Assembly (NCBI GenBank): GCA_029265355.1
Contig: JAJUJL010000002.1
Span: forward strand, 332,803 to 396,802
Length of the DNA stretch: 64,000 bases
Source: Chloroflexota bacterium
Lineage (GTDB): Bacteria > Chloroflexota > Anaerolineae > Anaerolineales > UBA4823
Reading direction: 5' to 3'
How positions within the stretch are numbered: position 1 is the first letter of the stretch; the number at the start of each line of letters is the position of its first letter. Of this stretch, positions 44,627 through 53,935 are shown piece by piece. Position numbers and translations under genes: made by a program. The notes under the pieces are model-generated. The model saw nothing but the letters and a program-made list of their open reading frames with translations, ran no database searches and was not told the DNA's origin.

Positions 44627-45085
44627 TTAGCCTGGCAATGAGTTTTTCTTCGTTTTTAATTCAGGCAACAGGCCGATCACTTGCTGTGCGATGTATTCCA
44701 GAGCCTGGTCAGGAGGCATTTTATCCAGATCGGGAGCGTGCCAATATTCTACGCGTTGCTCCCAAGGGGGAAATCGCTGTTCAACCAATGGGCGGTGTTC
44801 CGGCTCGTGTAGAGCGATGATGCGGGTGGAGCTTTCCAAGTCTGATTCCTGGAGCTGTTGGGGCATACGCAGCTTGTCGGGTATCTGAACGCCGCGCTGG
44901 CGCAGCCCTTCTATGGCGTGGGGTGAGATCGGGCCAACATTGTAGATGCCGCGTTCCAGCGCCAGGGCGCGGGAGATAGCGCGCCATTCCAGCCCCTTTC
45001 TCTCAGCCAGATGGTTAAAGAGCAGCTCTGCAAACCGGCTGCGGTAGTAATTGCCTGTACATAGAAAAAGAATTTGTTCCATCAT
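44627..45085 (-). CDS. Low-molecular-weight phosphotyrosine phosphatase / ArsC-type family protein
   Basis: P-loop ILFLCTGNYYRSRFAE (CX5R-S). The start is taken at the Met pair just before the P-loop. The track start at 45130 is possible. Confidence 0.8.
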   Translation of the reverse strand: MMEQILFLCTGNYYRSRFAELLFNHLAERKGLEWRAISRALALERGIYNVGPISPHAIEGLRQRGVQIPDKLRMPQQLQESDLESSTRIIALHEPEHRPLVEQRFPPWEQRVEYWHAPDLDKMPPDQALEYIAQQVIGLLPELKTKKNSLPG

Positions 45086-45177
45086 GCCTGATTTTGCCAC
45101 AGAAATACGAGTTGTAAAAGTTATTTTCATCTTGCCGATAATAACAATATCATGGCAATAGTTACATATTTGATGCT

Positions 45178-46743
45178 ATGACCTGGCTTTTTTCTCTATT
45201 TCTCGTGCTGGACTTGCTCGCGCTGTTGGCGTGCTCGCGTCTGCTGGTGACTGCATTGCAACAGCGCAAGGCATCACATCGTCCTGGATTTATTCTGTTG
45301 GTGATAGCGGTAGGATTTTGGGCGCTTTTCACGACCCTGGCAATGATCAGCCAGGAAGAGAGCTGGTATATTTTCTGGCGCGACCTGGTTTTTGCGCCGC
45401 TATCACTTGTTCCTCCCCTGCTCTTGATGTTCATGCTCGATTATACCGGTCACACCACCTGGTTACCGGGTCGCCAACGTTTATGGCTCTTCTTACTGCC
45501 TGCTTTGACACAACTCGTGCTGTTGCTTAACCCTGTGCTCGGCTGGCTGTACAAAGACACTCAATCTGCACAGGTGGGAATATTCCGCTACACAGTGCAT
45601 TGGGGGTTTGGCCTGTGGTATTACGTGCACGCCATCTACAGTTATTCGCTGATCCTTGCCAGCCTGGGGTTGACCGTGGGTTTGCTGCTTCGCTTGAAGA
45701 GTTACCAACGGTATTCTGCCTTACTGTTATTCTTTGCCATACTGATTCCGTTTCTGATCAGTATTCCCTATACTTTTCAATGGCTGCCCCCAGATATTCC
45801 CGATCCAAATCCTCTGGCGTTGGCGATTGCCAGTGTGTTCATCTCCCAGGCGATCCGCCGTCACCGCTTGTTAGATCTATTGCCCATCGATCGCAGCACG
45901 CTTTTCGATCTGATGGCAGATGCGCTGATCGCCCTGGATTGGGATGAGCAGGTTGTCGACTTGAATCCTGCCGCGGAACGAGTGTTGGGTCTTTCGATGG
46001 AAGACGCCCAGGGAAAACAAGCCAGCCACCTTTTGCCTGCCTGGGGCGTCTTGAGACTCTCGAACCAGGACGACAGGGGCTTTGAGAATGAAATTGAGCT
46101 GGAAGTGGCTGGAGAGAAATTCATCTTTCGCCTGCGAGCAACACCACTCCGGTCTCACGCGGGTGAATTAGGCGGTTGGCTCCTGGCGCTCAATGACATC
46201 ACGCAGCTCAAGCATGCGCAAGCCGAATTGTTGCACCTGGCAACCACCGATCCTCTGACAGGCCTGGCAAATCGCAGGCACTTTTTCCACCATGCTGCCT
46301 TCGAGATGAGCCGAGCAGATCGTTACGGGCATGCCATATCGGTGTTGATGATTGACCTGGATGACTTCAAGCTGGTGAATGACCGCCTGGGCCACGCAGC
46401 CGGTGACCGTGTGTTGGCTGAAGTTACTCAGCGCATGCGTCGGAGCCTGCGCCAGGCGGATCTTCTAGCCCGTTATGGTGGTGAAGAGTTTGTTGCTCTG
46501 TTGCCGGAGAGTAACCAATCCCAAAGCTGGGCAGCGGCGTTGCGATTGCATAGCGAGTTGACAAGTTCGATGATATTAATCGAGGGACAAGAAGTGTTGG
46601 TCACTGCCAGTATTGGCGTTGCGACACGCTTGCCCGGCAGCGGCGACACGCTGGATGAGCTGCTGCATCGCGCCGACCGGGCGCTGTACCAGGCCAAACA
46701 AGCCGGAAAAAACTGCGTGCGTATGGGCAATGGTTCCTCGTAG
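45178..46743 (+). CDS. Membrane diguanylate cyclase: N-terminal 7TM sensor module, PAS, GGDEF
   Basis: Seven hydrophobic helices in aa 1-215. PAS (LFDLMADALIALDWDEQVVDLNPAAERVLG). Active site RYGGEEFVALL with an upstream RxxD-like motif. Confidence 0.85.
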   Translation: MTWLFSLFLVLDLLALLACSRLLVTALQQRKASHRPGFILLVIAVGFWALFTTLAMISQEESWYIFWRDLVFAPLSLVPPLLLMFMLDYTGHTTWLPGRQRLWLFLLPALTQLVLLLNPVLGWLYKDTQSAQVGIFRYTVHWGFGLWYYVHAIYSYSLILASLGLTVGLLLRLKSYQRYSALLLFFAILIPFLISIPYTFQWLPPDIPDPNPLALAIASVFISQAIRRHRLLDLLPIDRSTLFDLMADALIALDWDEQVVDLNPAAERVLGLSMEDAQGKQASHLLPAWGVLRLSNQDDRGFENEIELEVAGEKFIFRLRATPLRSHAGELGGWLLALNDITQLKHAQAELLHLATTDPLTGLANRRHFFHHAAFEMSRADRYGHAISVLMIDLDDFKLVNDRLGHAAGDRVLAEVTQRMRRSLRQADLLARYGGEEFVALLPESNQSQSWAAALRLHSELTSSMILIEGQEVLVTASIGVATRLPGSGDTLDELLHRADRALYQAKQAGKNCVRMGNGSS

Positions 46744-46910
46744 TTTCCAATAGGTAGTATGATTAAGCCAACTGGTCACCCTGGCCGCAAAATGACGACC
46801 AGGATCATTAAAGCTGGTCTTACTGCGCAGACCACGCTAAATGGTATCATCCTGAGTGAAGCGGAACACCTACGTGACGCGGTCACTGCGCACTCTCAGA
46901 GAGACACCTC

Positions 46911-47075
46911 ATAAATGCTGTTTGCACGACATGGGCGATGTAAAATGACCTGCTAAGAGATTGCCACAACCAGCACAGAACGCTGGTCTACTCACGACAT
47001 ATCTGTCATTCCCAGAACGGATGACGCTTCCAGCGTCATGGAAACATCTCGCAATGACAGCTAAGATCAAAAAAG
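46911..47075 (+). repeat. Structured repeat element, copy B (candidate 5'-leader/cis-regulatory RNA; sense strand is plus)
   Basis: Reverse-complement homolog of 27319..27480. Hairpin ATGACGCT/AGCGTCAT at 47021..47039. Helix ACCAGC/GCTGGT at 46969..46987. Long-range CTGTCATT (47003..47010) / AATGACAG (47053..47060). Ends 10 nt before the ATG at 47086. Confidence 0.8.
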
Positions 47076-47085
47076 GATTTCGGGC

Positions 47086-47673
47086 ATGGATACGACCAAG
47101 ATGACACCTGGACAACTGGAAAATTTACGCCAGGCTTTCAAAATGTTGAACCCTATTATGGTGCTCATGTGGCGGCTTGGCTTGGGAGCGATACTGAATA
47201 TGTGGCCCGCGGTGGGGGGGCGTTACCTGATCCTGCGCCATTACGGGCGCAAATCGGGTAAGGCTTATTTGACGCCAGTGAATTACGCAGAGATCGAGGG
47301 CGATCTCTATATTACAGCCGGTTTTGGCGAGCACGCGGATTGGTACCAGAATATTCTGGCGAACCCGGAGGTGGAAGTCTGGCTGCCGGATGGGTGGTGG
47401 AGCGGAGTGGCGCATGATGCCAGCAATGTTCCCAATCGCGAGGCGAAGTTGCGCCAGGTAATCGTTGCCAGTGGCTTTGCAGGGCCACTCTTTGGCCTCG
47501 ATCAAGGCCAATTGGATGATGAGCAATTTGCCGCTGCCACTCGCGAGTACCGTCTGGTGCGCATCCGCCGCACGGCAGCGCGTACAGGGCCTGGAGGACC
47601 TGGTGATCTCAATTGGGTGTGGCAGGTCGCCACGGTGGGTTTGCTCCTGCGGAGTCTGCGCCGGCGCAAGTGA
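47086..47673 (+). CDS. DUF385 / deazaflavin-dependent nitroreductase-family oxidoreductase
   Basis: LILRHYGRKSGKAYLTPVNYAEIEGDLYITAGFGEHADWYQNILANPEVEVWLPDG matches the family core (GRKSG...DWYxNlxANPxVxV). Confidence 0.75.
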   Translation: MDTTKMTPGQLENLRQAFKMLNPIMVLMWRLGLGAILNMWPAVGGRYLILRHYGRKSGKAYLTPVNYAEIEGDLYITAGFGEHADWYQNILANPEVEVWLPDGWWSGVAHDASNVPNREAKLRQVIVASGFAGPLFGLDQGQLDDEQFAAATREYRLVRIRRTAARTGPGGPGDLNWVWQVATVGLLLRSLRRRK

Positions 47674-47704
47674 TCGGCTATGTGTCAGTCATGGGAGTTT
47701 GATC

Positions 47705-48427
47705 ATGCAACGAGGATTATTGTTGTGGATGGCCTTGAGCGTTCTTTTCATGGGTGGCTGCCAGTTCCCGGCAGGTACCACCCCCGCACCGATGCTAGAA
47801 CCGACGAATACCCTGGCAATTCCCACCTCCACCATTCACCCGGCACTCGCCAGCGAGACGCCCGAGCCAACCGAAACCATTGCACCCGTCCCTGCGCCCA
47901 GCGAGACCAGTCAACCGGCTGGGGCGTGTGAGATTTCTGTTCCGGCGGGTGTAAATATCTACACCCGCCCCAGCATAGAAGCGGATCTATTCTATACCAC
48001 GGGCGAAGGCGAGCTGATGCCGCCAGCGCTGGCGCGCACAAACGATGGCTGGATCGGTTTCGACCCAGGAATTGCGCAGGCTGCAAATGTTGGCCCTTTC
48101 CGATTGCGGTGGTTGCAAGAGAGCCAGGTGACGTTGACGGGCGGTTGCAGCGGGTTGCCTGTCATCCAGGGTCCACCGCCTGGTGTTTGCTTCAACATGT
48201 TTATGGTACCTTCCGAAGTCCATTCTGGCCCAGACTACTCTACCAGTGTGGTGATCACGCTGGATTATGGAGATTACGCCGAGCTTCTGGGGACAACACC
48301 AGATCAATCCTGGGCAAAGATCAGCATGCTGCGTGGCAGTCCTTCTATGGATCTGCAGGGGTGGATAGATATCGCTTCCTTGAATGTCAATGGCCCGTGT
48401 ACACCTTTACCAACGGTGCAGCCATGA
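47705..48427 (+). CDS. Putative lipoprotein with Pro/Thr-rich linker and SH3b-like repeats
   Basis: The ATG at 47705 gives MQRGLLLWMALSVLFMGGC (lipobox). The track start at 47465 overlaps the preceding gene. Confidence 0.6.
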   Translation: MQRGLLLWMALSVLFMGGCQFPAGTTPAPMLEPTNTLAIPTSTIHPALASETPEPTETIAPVPAPSETSQPAGACEISVPAGVNIYTRPSIEADLFYTTGEGELMPPALARTNDGWIGFDPGIAQAANVGPFRLRWLQESQVTLTGGCSGLPVIQGPPPGVCFNMFMVPSEVHSGPDYSTSVVITLDYGDYAELLGTTPDQSWAKISMLRGSPSMDLQGWIDIASLNVNGPCTPLPTVQP

Positions 48428-49965
48428 CGAATGCCGGGCAACAGCGTGTGGTTCTGGTTACCGGTGCTACTGGCTACATTGGTGGACGCCTGGTGCCGCG
48501 CCTGATCGAGAAGGGATACCAGGTGCGCTGCATGGTGCGCGATGCGGCTCGACTGCAGGGTCGCTCCTGGCATGGTCTGGTCGAGGTGGTGCAGGGAGAC
48601 GTGTTGGATGCGCAAAGCCTCTCGGGAGCGCTTCAGGGAGTCTGGTCAGCTTATTACCTGGTGCACTCGATGATGAGCGGCAGCGACTTCCACCAACGCG
48701 ACCGTCTTGCCGCACAGAACTTTGCCCAGGCCGCAAAAGCGGCTGGTGTAGAGAGAATCATCTACCTGGGCGGTTTGGGGGATTCTGCCAGCGCACTATC
48801 CGAACACCTGCGTTCGCGCCAGGAAACTGGCGAAGCGCTGCGCAGCGCGGGTGTGCCGGTCACCGAATTTCGCGCAGCAGTTATCGTTGGCTCGGGTAGT
48901 CTGTCTTTCGAAATGATCCGTTATCTGACGGAGCGGGTGCCTGTGATGATCACGCCGCGCTGGGTCTACACCCGCACACAGCCGATCTCCGTTCGCAACG
49001 TGCTGGATTATTTGATTTCAGCGCTGGAGGTGCCTGCTTCGCAAGACCAGATCATCGAGATTGGCGGTGCTGATGTCGTGACCTATGGTGAGATGATGAC
49101 CATCTACGCCGAGGTGCGCGGTCTGAAGCGTTGGATGGTTCCAGTGCCAGTTTTGACACCTCGGCTGTCCTCTTATTGGGTTCATTTGGTTACACCAATC
49201 CCTGCGGTGATCGCCCAACCGCTCATTCTGGGGCTGCGCAATGAGAACATTGTCCACTCCGATCTGGCCAGGCGGTTATTCCCCCATATCCAGCCAGTTT
49301 CTTACCGCGAGGCGGTGGAATTGGCCCTGGCGCGCCTGGATGCTGGTCGGGTTGAAACTGCCTGGTATGATGCCCTGGCAACCAGTCAAGGCGATCGCCC
49401 CCCGGTGGTGATGACTACCCTGGAAGGAATGATTATTGAGCATCGCCAACTGACAACAGGATGCAGTCCGGCCCAGGTATACGGCTCTTTCTCACGCCTG
49501 GGAGGCGAGCAGGGTTGGCTTTACATGAACTGGGCCTGGCAAGTGCGTGGCTTTATCGATCGCCTGGTAGGAGGGGTGGGGCTGCGCCGCGGTCGTCGTG
49601 ACCCAAACGAACTGCGCGTTGGAGATGCGCTTGATTTCTGGCGCGTCGAGGCGGTTGAACCAGACCGCTTGATACGATTGAGAGCTGAAATGAAATTGCC
49701 AGGTCAAGCCTGGCTGCAATTTCAAGCGCGCCCCTCGCCCGAGGGGGGCACCGTGCTCAGCCAAACGGCGTTTTTTGCGCCAAAAGGCTTGTTTGGGCTG
49801 CTCTATTGGTATTTGCTCTACCCGATTCATGGACTAATTTTCAGTGGATTGATTCGCAAGGTGGCAGAGCAAGCGTCGAGTTTTATAGATCAGCCAGCGC
49901 ACGCGCCACCTGGATCACAGGCTCCCAACCGCGACCGTGATCCTCAAAATCCCACCAGGCGCTGA
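48424..49965 (+). CDS. NAD(P)-binding SDR/NmrA-like domain fused to DUF2867
   Basis: VLVTGATGYIGGRLVPRLIEKGYQVRCMVRD. C-terminal DUF2867-like part (DALDFWRVEAVEPDRLIRLRAEMKLPGQAWLQF). The ATG at 48424 overlaps the previous stop (ATGA). Confidence 0.8.
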   Translation: MTNAGQQRVVLVTGATGYIGGRLVPRLIEKGYQVRCMVRDAARLQGRSWHGLVEVVQGDVLDAQSLSGALQGVWSAYYLVHSMMSGSDFHQRDRLAAQNFAQAAKAAGVERIIYLGGLGDSASALSEHLRSRQETGEALRSAGVPVTEFRAAVIVGSGSLSFEMIRYLTERVPVMITPRWVYTRTQPISVRNVLDYLISALEVPASQDQIIEIGGADVVTYGEMMTIYAEVRGLKRWMVPVPVLTPRLSSYWVHLVTPIPAVIAQPLILGLRNENIVHSDLARRLFPHIQPVSYREAVELALARLDAGRVETAWYDALATSQGDRPPVVMTTLEGMIIEHRQLTTGCSPAQVYGSFSRLGGEQGWLYMNWAWQVRGFIDRLVGGVGLRRGRRDPNELRVGDALDFWRVEAVEPDRLIRLRAEMKLPGQAWLQFQARPSPEGGTVLSQTAFFAPKGLFGLLYWYLLYPIHGLIFSGLIRKVAEQASSFIDQPAHAPPGSQAPNRDRDPQNPTRR

Positions 49966-50785
49966 GCACGCATTTGAAGATTCCCCAGCGCCGCAAGCCT
50001 TCGAGCGGCATCTCCAGCTCGGTTGACAGCACTTCCAATCGCGCCCGCAGCAAATCGCGCAGGTCTGTGCGCTCGGGCGTCTTTGGAAGCGGATTGAACA
50101 GCAGCGAACCAACCTCGTAGCCTGGATCACCCAGGATGCCAGCGGGGTCGATCGCCAGCCACCCGCGCCGTTGGTCGTAGAGAATGTTATCGTGGTGCAG
50201 GTCGCCGTGCAACAATCGAGTGGCTGAAGAGGGCGCCTGAGTCAGCTGCGCTTCTGCCAGCGCCACCAGGTCAGCGGGGAAAGGCCCACAACCGCCATCG
50301 AAGCGCTGGCGCAGCCGCCGCAGTCCTTCGCCCAGGTGAGCGAGACTGCGCAATCCGGGCTGCTCTGGTACAACCCGCCACAAGCGGCGCATCACACTGG
50401 CGGCGAGGCGCGTGGCCTGCTCATCGTCGGCAACCAGGCTGAGCGGCGTGCCAGGCTGCAAGCGCTCGATCAGCAGCACACCTCCTGCCGGGTCGCCGTG
50501 GATTACCCGCACCGCGCCATCGCCTTCAAAACAGCGCAACGCTAGGATCTCGCCGATCAACTCCGGGTTTGGCACACCCAACTTGAGCACCCAGGCCTCG
50601 CCGTTTGGTCCGATGGCCGGTGCTACGTAGTTGTAGGAGAGCGGGTAGGACGGCAGCACCTGGAGTTTCCAGCGCCGCTCCAGCGTACGGATTAGCTGGG
50701 GCAGCGCCTCCAGCCAGCGGGCGCCAGGCTCGCCGTGCACATCGATAATCCTGCGCTGAAAATCGTCCGGGAGCGCCGCGCTCAT
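49883..50785 (-). CDS. Aminoglycoside/streptomycin 6-phosphotransferase-like kinase (APH(6)/StrB family)
   Basis: LLHGDLHHDNILYDQRRGWLAIDPAGILGDPGYEVGSLLFNP (catalytic HGDLHxxN and IDP motifs). ATGA overlap with the thioesterase stop. Confidence 0.75.
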   Translation of the reverse strand: MSAALPDDFQRRIIDVHGEPGARWLEALPQLIRTLERRWKLQVLPSYPLSYNYVAPAIGPNGEAWVLKLGVPNPELIGEILALRCFEGDGAVRVIHGDPAGGVLLIERLQPGTPLSLVADDEQATRLAASVMRRLWRVVPEQPGLRSLAHLGEGLRRLRQRFDGGCGPFPADLVALAEAQLTQAPSSATRLLHGDLHHDNILYDQRRGWLAIDPAGILGDPGYEVGSLLFNPLPKTPERTDLRDLLRARLEVLSTELEMPLEGLRRWGIFKCVLSAWWDFEDHGRGWEPVIQVARALADL

Positions 50786-51234
50786 GGGGCGCGCCAGTTG
50801 TTCAGTTTCGGAGTGCGGTCCAGCACCATCAGGGTTAGGCGTGAGATGGCAACCAGGCGTTCCTGTTCATCGCTGATGCGTATCTCCCATACCTGTGTGG
50901 CTGCGCCAATATGGAGCGGTCGCGCAACGCCGTACACCCAGCCAGCGCGAACCGAGTGAATGTGGTTGACGTTGATCTCAAGTCCAACGCACAATTTCTG
51001 TGTGGGATCCACGCACAGGTTGGCGCCAATGCTGCCCAAGGTCTCCGCCAGCGATGCCGAGGCTCCGCCGTGCAGCAGACCGGCGGGTTGGATGGTTCGA
51101 GCGTCGACCGGCATGCGGGCGCGCAAGAAATCATCGCCAATTTCGAGGATTTGCATGCCCAGGTGTGCGACCAGGGTATTCTGCGAACCACGGTTGAGAA
51201 ACTCGGGGGTGGTCTGCGTGAACCAGATGGACAT
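50782..51234 (-). CDS. PaaI/YbdB-type hotdog-fold thioesterase
   Basis: LGMQILEIGDDFLRARMPVDARTIQPAGLLHGGASASLAETLGS is the PaaI-family core. The ATG at 51234 is preferred. The track start at 51387 is an extension. Confidence 0.8.
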   Translation of the reverse strand: MSIWFTQTTPEFLNRGSQNTLVAHLGMQILEIGDDFLRARMPVDARTIQPAGLLHGGASASLAETLGSIGANLCVDPTQKLCVGLEINVNHIHSVRAGWVYGVARPLHIGAATQVWEIRISDEQERLVAISRLTLMVLDRTPKLNNWRAP

Positions 51235-51346
51235 AAGGTCTGCTCCTGACTTGAGCGATGATACCATCCAATTTGCGCTTCGCAGAGGGTAAAATATCCT
51301 GCAAGGATTTGAGGGCAAGGGAATTTGCTCGACTGCGAAGCCTGTC

Positions 51347-52639
51347 ATGACCGAACACAGCGACGGTGAAGGAACCAGCTTTATCATCTGCCCTGAGTGT
51401 GGAGCTCAAATGCCGCTGCTGCGCGGCTACGTCACATGGTGCAGCACGTGCAATTGGAATCTGCGTCCAGAGCATCCAAACTCCAAAGATAACATCTTCG
51501 AGTCAATCAGCGCCAAGTATGGGGAGCGCCTGGGAAGATCCCTGTTGATGGACATTCTAAGAAATGGGGCAAGTAAGCCGGCGATGCGCCCAGCGCATTG
51601 GCTTTCGTATTTCCTGGCGGCCTGGGTGCAAATTCCGGGCATTGCTCTGGGTGTGGTTGGGGTGTGGTTGCTGTGGCAGAGCCGGTTAGACTGGTGGTTG
51701 ATTCTGCCGGGAGGTGTGTGTCTCTGGTTGGCCTGGGCGACCCGGCCGCGTTTCGACCGCGCGAGCCAGGATCACCTGACTGCGCAGCAATATCCCGATC
51801 TCTACGCATTGGTGAATAAGGTGGCAGCAGGCCTGGGCGCCAAACCAGTAGAGCGCATTTACCCGCGCCCGTGGTTCAACGCCAGCGCCAGCCGAGAGGG
51901 GCGGCGTGGCAGCCCATCTCTTTACTTGGGATTGCCTTTATGGGCAGTGCTGGACGGCGGCGAAAAGTTGGCGCTCTTGGCCCATGAACTGGCTCATTTG
52001 GTCAATGGCGACCCAAGCCGAGGCGCACTGGTCGGCGCAGCGCTTGAGGTTTTGGGCAGATGGTACGCCATGCTGCGACCTGCAGTTCCATCCAGCGAGC
52101 AGGCGGGTTTTCCCAGGCTGGCGATGATACCTGTCAATTTTGTGCTCTCGGTTCTAGCCCTGGTGGTGTGGCTGCATGCTCTGGCTTTGGCAGCGCTGCT
52201 CTGGCGAGATCAACAGTGCGCTGAATATTACGCAGATGCGCTGGCTGCAAAGCTGTGTGGTTCTCAAGCGATGCTCTCGCTGCTGGAAAAGTTGCATCAC
52301 ACTCGCATCTTTCAATCAGCTTTAGGCGCCTGGTTCCTGAACAGCGAGCTGCAACAGAGGAGCTTCTACGCGTATCTGCGCAGCAGGATTGCTCAAATTC
52401 CGCAGCGTGAGCTGGAGCGCATTCGCCAGGTGGAACTTCTGGAGAGTTCTCGATTGGATACCCGCCACCCGCCGACCGTCTACCGTATCCATGCATTGCA
52501 AGCTATAGCGAACAGCGATAAGCCGTCCTTATCGATCAGCGATTCTGAATGGGAGGCTGTTGAGAAAGAGCTGACGCCGATTTACCAGATGGTTCAATCA
52601 CAATTGTCCAGGAATTATCATCTGGGACTATTCTCTTGA
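51347..52639 (+). CDS. M48-family zinc metallopeptidase with N-terminal zinc ribbon and TM helices
   Basis: CPECGAQM...CSTCNW ribbon. HELAHLVNGD (HExxH). Two or more TM helices precede the catalytic domain. Confidence 0.8.
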   Translation: MTEHSDGEGTSFIICPECGAQMPLLRGYVTWCSTCNWNLRPEHPNSKDNIFESISAKYGERLGRSLLMDILRNGASKPAMRPAHWLSYFLAAWVQIPGIALGVVGVWLLWQSRLDWWLILPGGVCLWLAWATRPRFDRASQDHLTAQQYPDLYALVNKVAAGLGAKPVERIYPRPWFNASASREGRRGSPSLYLGLPLWAVLDGGEKLALLAHELAHLVNGDPSRGALVGAALEVLGRWYAMLRPAVPSSEQAGFPRLAMIPVNFVLSVLALVVWLHALALAALLWRDQQCAEYYADALAAKLCGSQAMLSLLEKLHHTRIFQSALGAWFLNSELQQRSFYAYLRSRIAQIPQRELERIRQVELLESSRLDTRHPPTVYRIHALQAIANSDKPSLSISDSEWEAVEKELTPIYQMVQSQLSRNYHLGLFS

Positions 52640-52730
52640 CCGGTTTATCTGGTATAACTTCAACGCTACTGATAGCGCCTGGATAAAGCAGAGGTGCTCT
52701 TCGCATCTGTTGGGCGATGTACAAGGAGAT

Positions 52731-53186
52731 ATGATGATGAATTCTCGAAAGCTCTTATTGACTTTGTTGGACCGTCTGGAACATAGTTTTGAAGAGGTGC
52801 TAGACGGGCTTGATGACCAGCAGATGGGTTACACGGCTGAAGCCTTTGATGGAGAAACCATCGCGCAGGTGGCTGTGCATGCCTACCAGACCTTGCTGAG
52901 CTTCGCCATGGTGGCCGCGGGCCTGGCGTGGCCCGGAGAAAGACCCAGCAATGCTAACCGTGCACAGGCGATGGCGCAGCTCGATCTCCTGCAAGAGCAG
53001 GTGCGAAGCCTTGTGATCGGCCTGGCTGAAGAGAGGCTGACTAACCAGGTGAGTTTTCCGTGGGGTGAGACGATGAGCGCCGCTGAAGCGGTGATCGCTG
53101 GAGCTGCCCAGGCTTTGTTTCAGGCAGGAAAAATCAGCGTCATGCGCCAGGTGGGTGGCTTTCCAGTTATGAAGGAAGAATTGTAA
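52731..53186 (+). CDS. DinB-superfamily-like four-helix protein
   Basis: AAGGAG SD lies before the ATG triplet at 52731..52739. LLDRLEHSFEEVLDGLDDQQM...VAVHAYQTLL resembles DinB_2. The call is tentative. Confidence 0.45.
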   Translation: MMMNSRKLLLTLLDRLEHSFEEVLDGLDDQQMGYTAEAFDGETIAQVAVHAYQTLLSFAMVAAGLAWPGERPSNANRAQAMAQLDLLQEQVRSLVIGLAEERLTNQVSFPWGETMSAAEAVIAGAAQALFQAGKISVMRQVGGFPVMKEEL

Positions 53187-53842
53187 TGTTTTTCAACGAT
53201 CCGCAAGTGCAAGAGCTATTGAGCAGGTTGAGGAAACCGGCAGAGATCCAGGAATATTTGGACAGTATCCCCTACCCGAGCGGCGAGCGCAATCGCTCGC
53301 CGCTCAATGTGGTGCGCGAGGCAACAGCTCACTGCCTGGATGGTGGGTTGTTCGCTGCTGCTGCCTTGCGCTACCTTGGTTATTCGGCGAGGGTCGTCGA
53401 TCTTCAACCCGATGCAGGCATGGATGATGATCATGTGTTGGCAATTTACCAGATCGAGGATGGGATTGGCTGTCTGGCAAAATCCAACTACCCAGGGCTA
53501 CGCGCCCGCCAGCCGGTGTACCGCAGCCTGCGCGAGCTGGCAATGAGTTATTTTGAGGCTTTTTTCAATGTGAACAACCAGCGCACGCTGCGCTACTACA
53601 CCACCGTATTGGATTTGGAGCGTCGCTACGGGCTCGATTGGACCTGGGATGATGCAAAGGTGGACGAGATCGAGAAAGACATCAAGAAGCTGCGCCGCTT
53701 CCCGCTGCTAAAACCGGGCATGGCGCAGCGATTGGATATGGTGGATCCGTTCACGGTGAAGGCTTTCACCGTCGGGGTGAATTGGGAGGGGGTATTCAGA
53801 CCAGTACAAACAGATTTTGCCCCAGATGTACACCGAACTTGA
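53186..53842 (+). CDS. Transglutaminase-like cysteine-peptidase-fold protein
   Basis: Cys motif EATAHCLDGGLFAAAALRYLGY and His motif DDDHVLAIY at the spacing of transglutaminase cores. TAATG overlap with the previous gene. Confidence 0.55.
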   Translation: MFFNDPQVQELLSRLRKPAEIQEYLDSIPYPSGERNRSPLNVVREATAHCLDGGLFAAAALRYLGYSARVVDLQPDAGMDDDHVLAIYQIEDGIGCLAKSNYPGLRARQPVYRSLRELAMSYFEAFFNVNNQRTLRYYTTVLDLERRYGLDWTWDDAKVDEIEKDIKKLRRFPLLKPGMAQRLDMVDPFTVKAFTVGVNWEGVFRPVQTDFAPDVHRT

Positions 53843-53935
53843 TCAAGCATTGGTCTCCCTCCAGTTGAGAGCTGCCGTGCACCTTGACCAGGTCGCCAAA
53901 GCGGAACCGTTCGCCATTCGCGAAGGAGGGTTCTT

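Noticed and set aside
27319-47075. The 19.4-kb block flanked by inverted repeats could be a composite transposon or genomic island.
   Set aside because: There is no transposase, integrase, recombinase or tRNA target. I see no direct target-site duplications. The repeats sit in a gene-proximal leader position in both cases.
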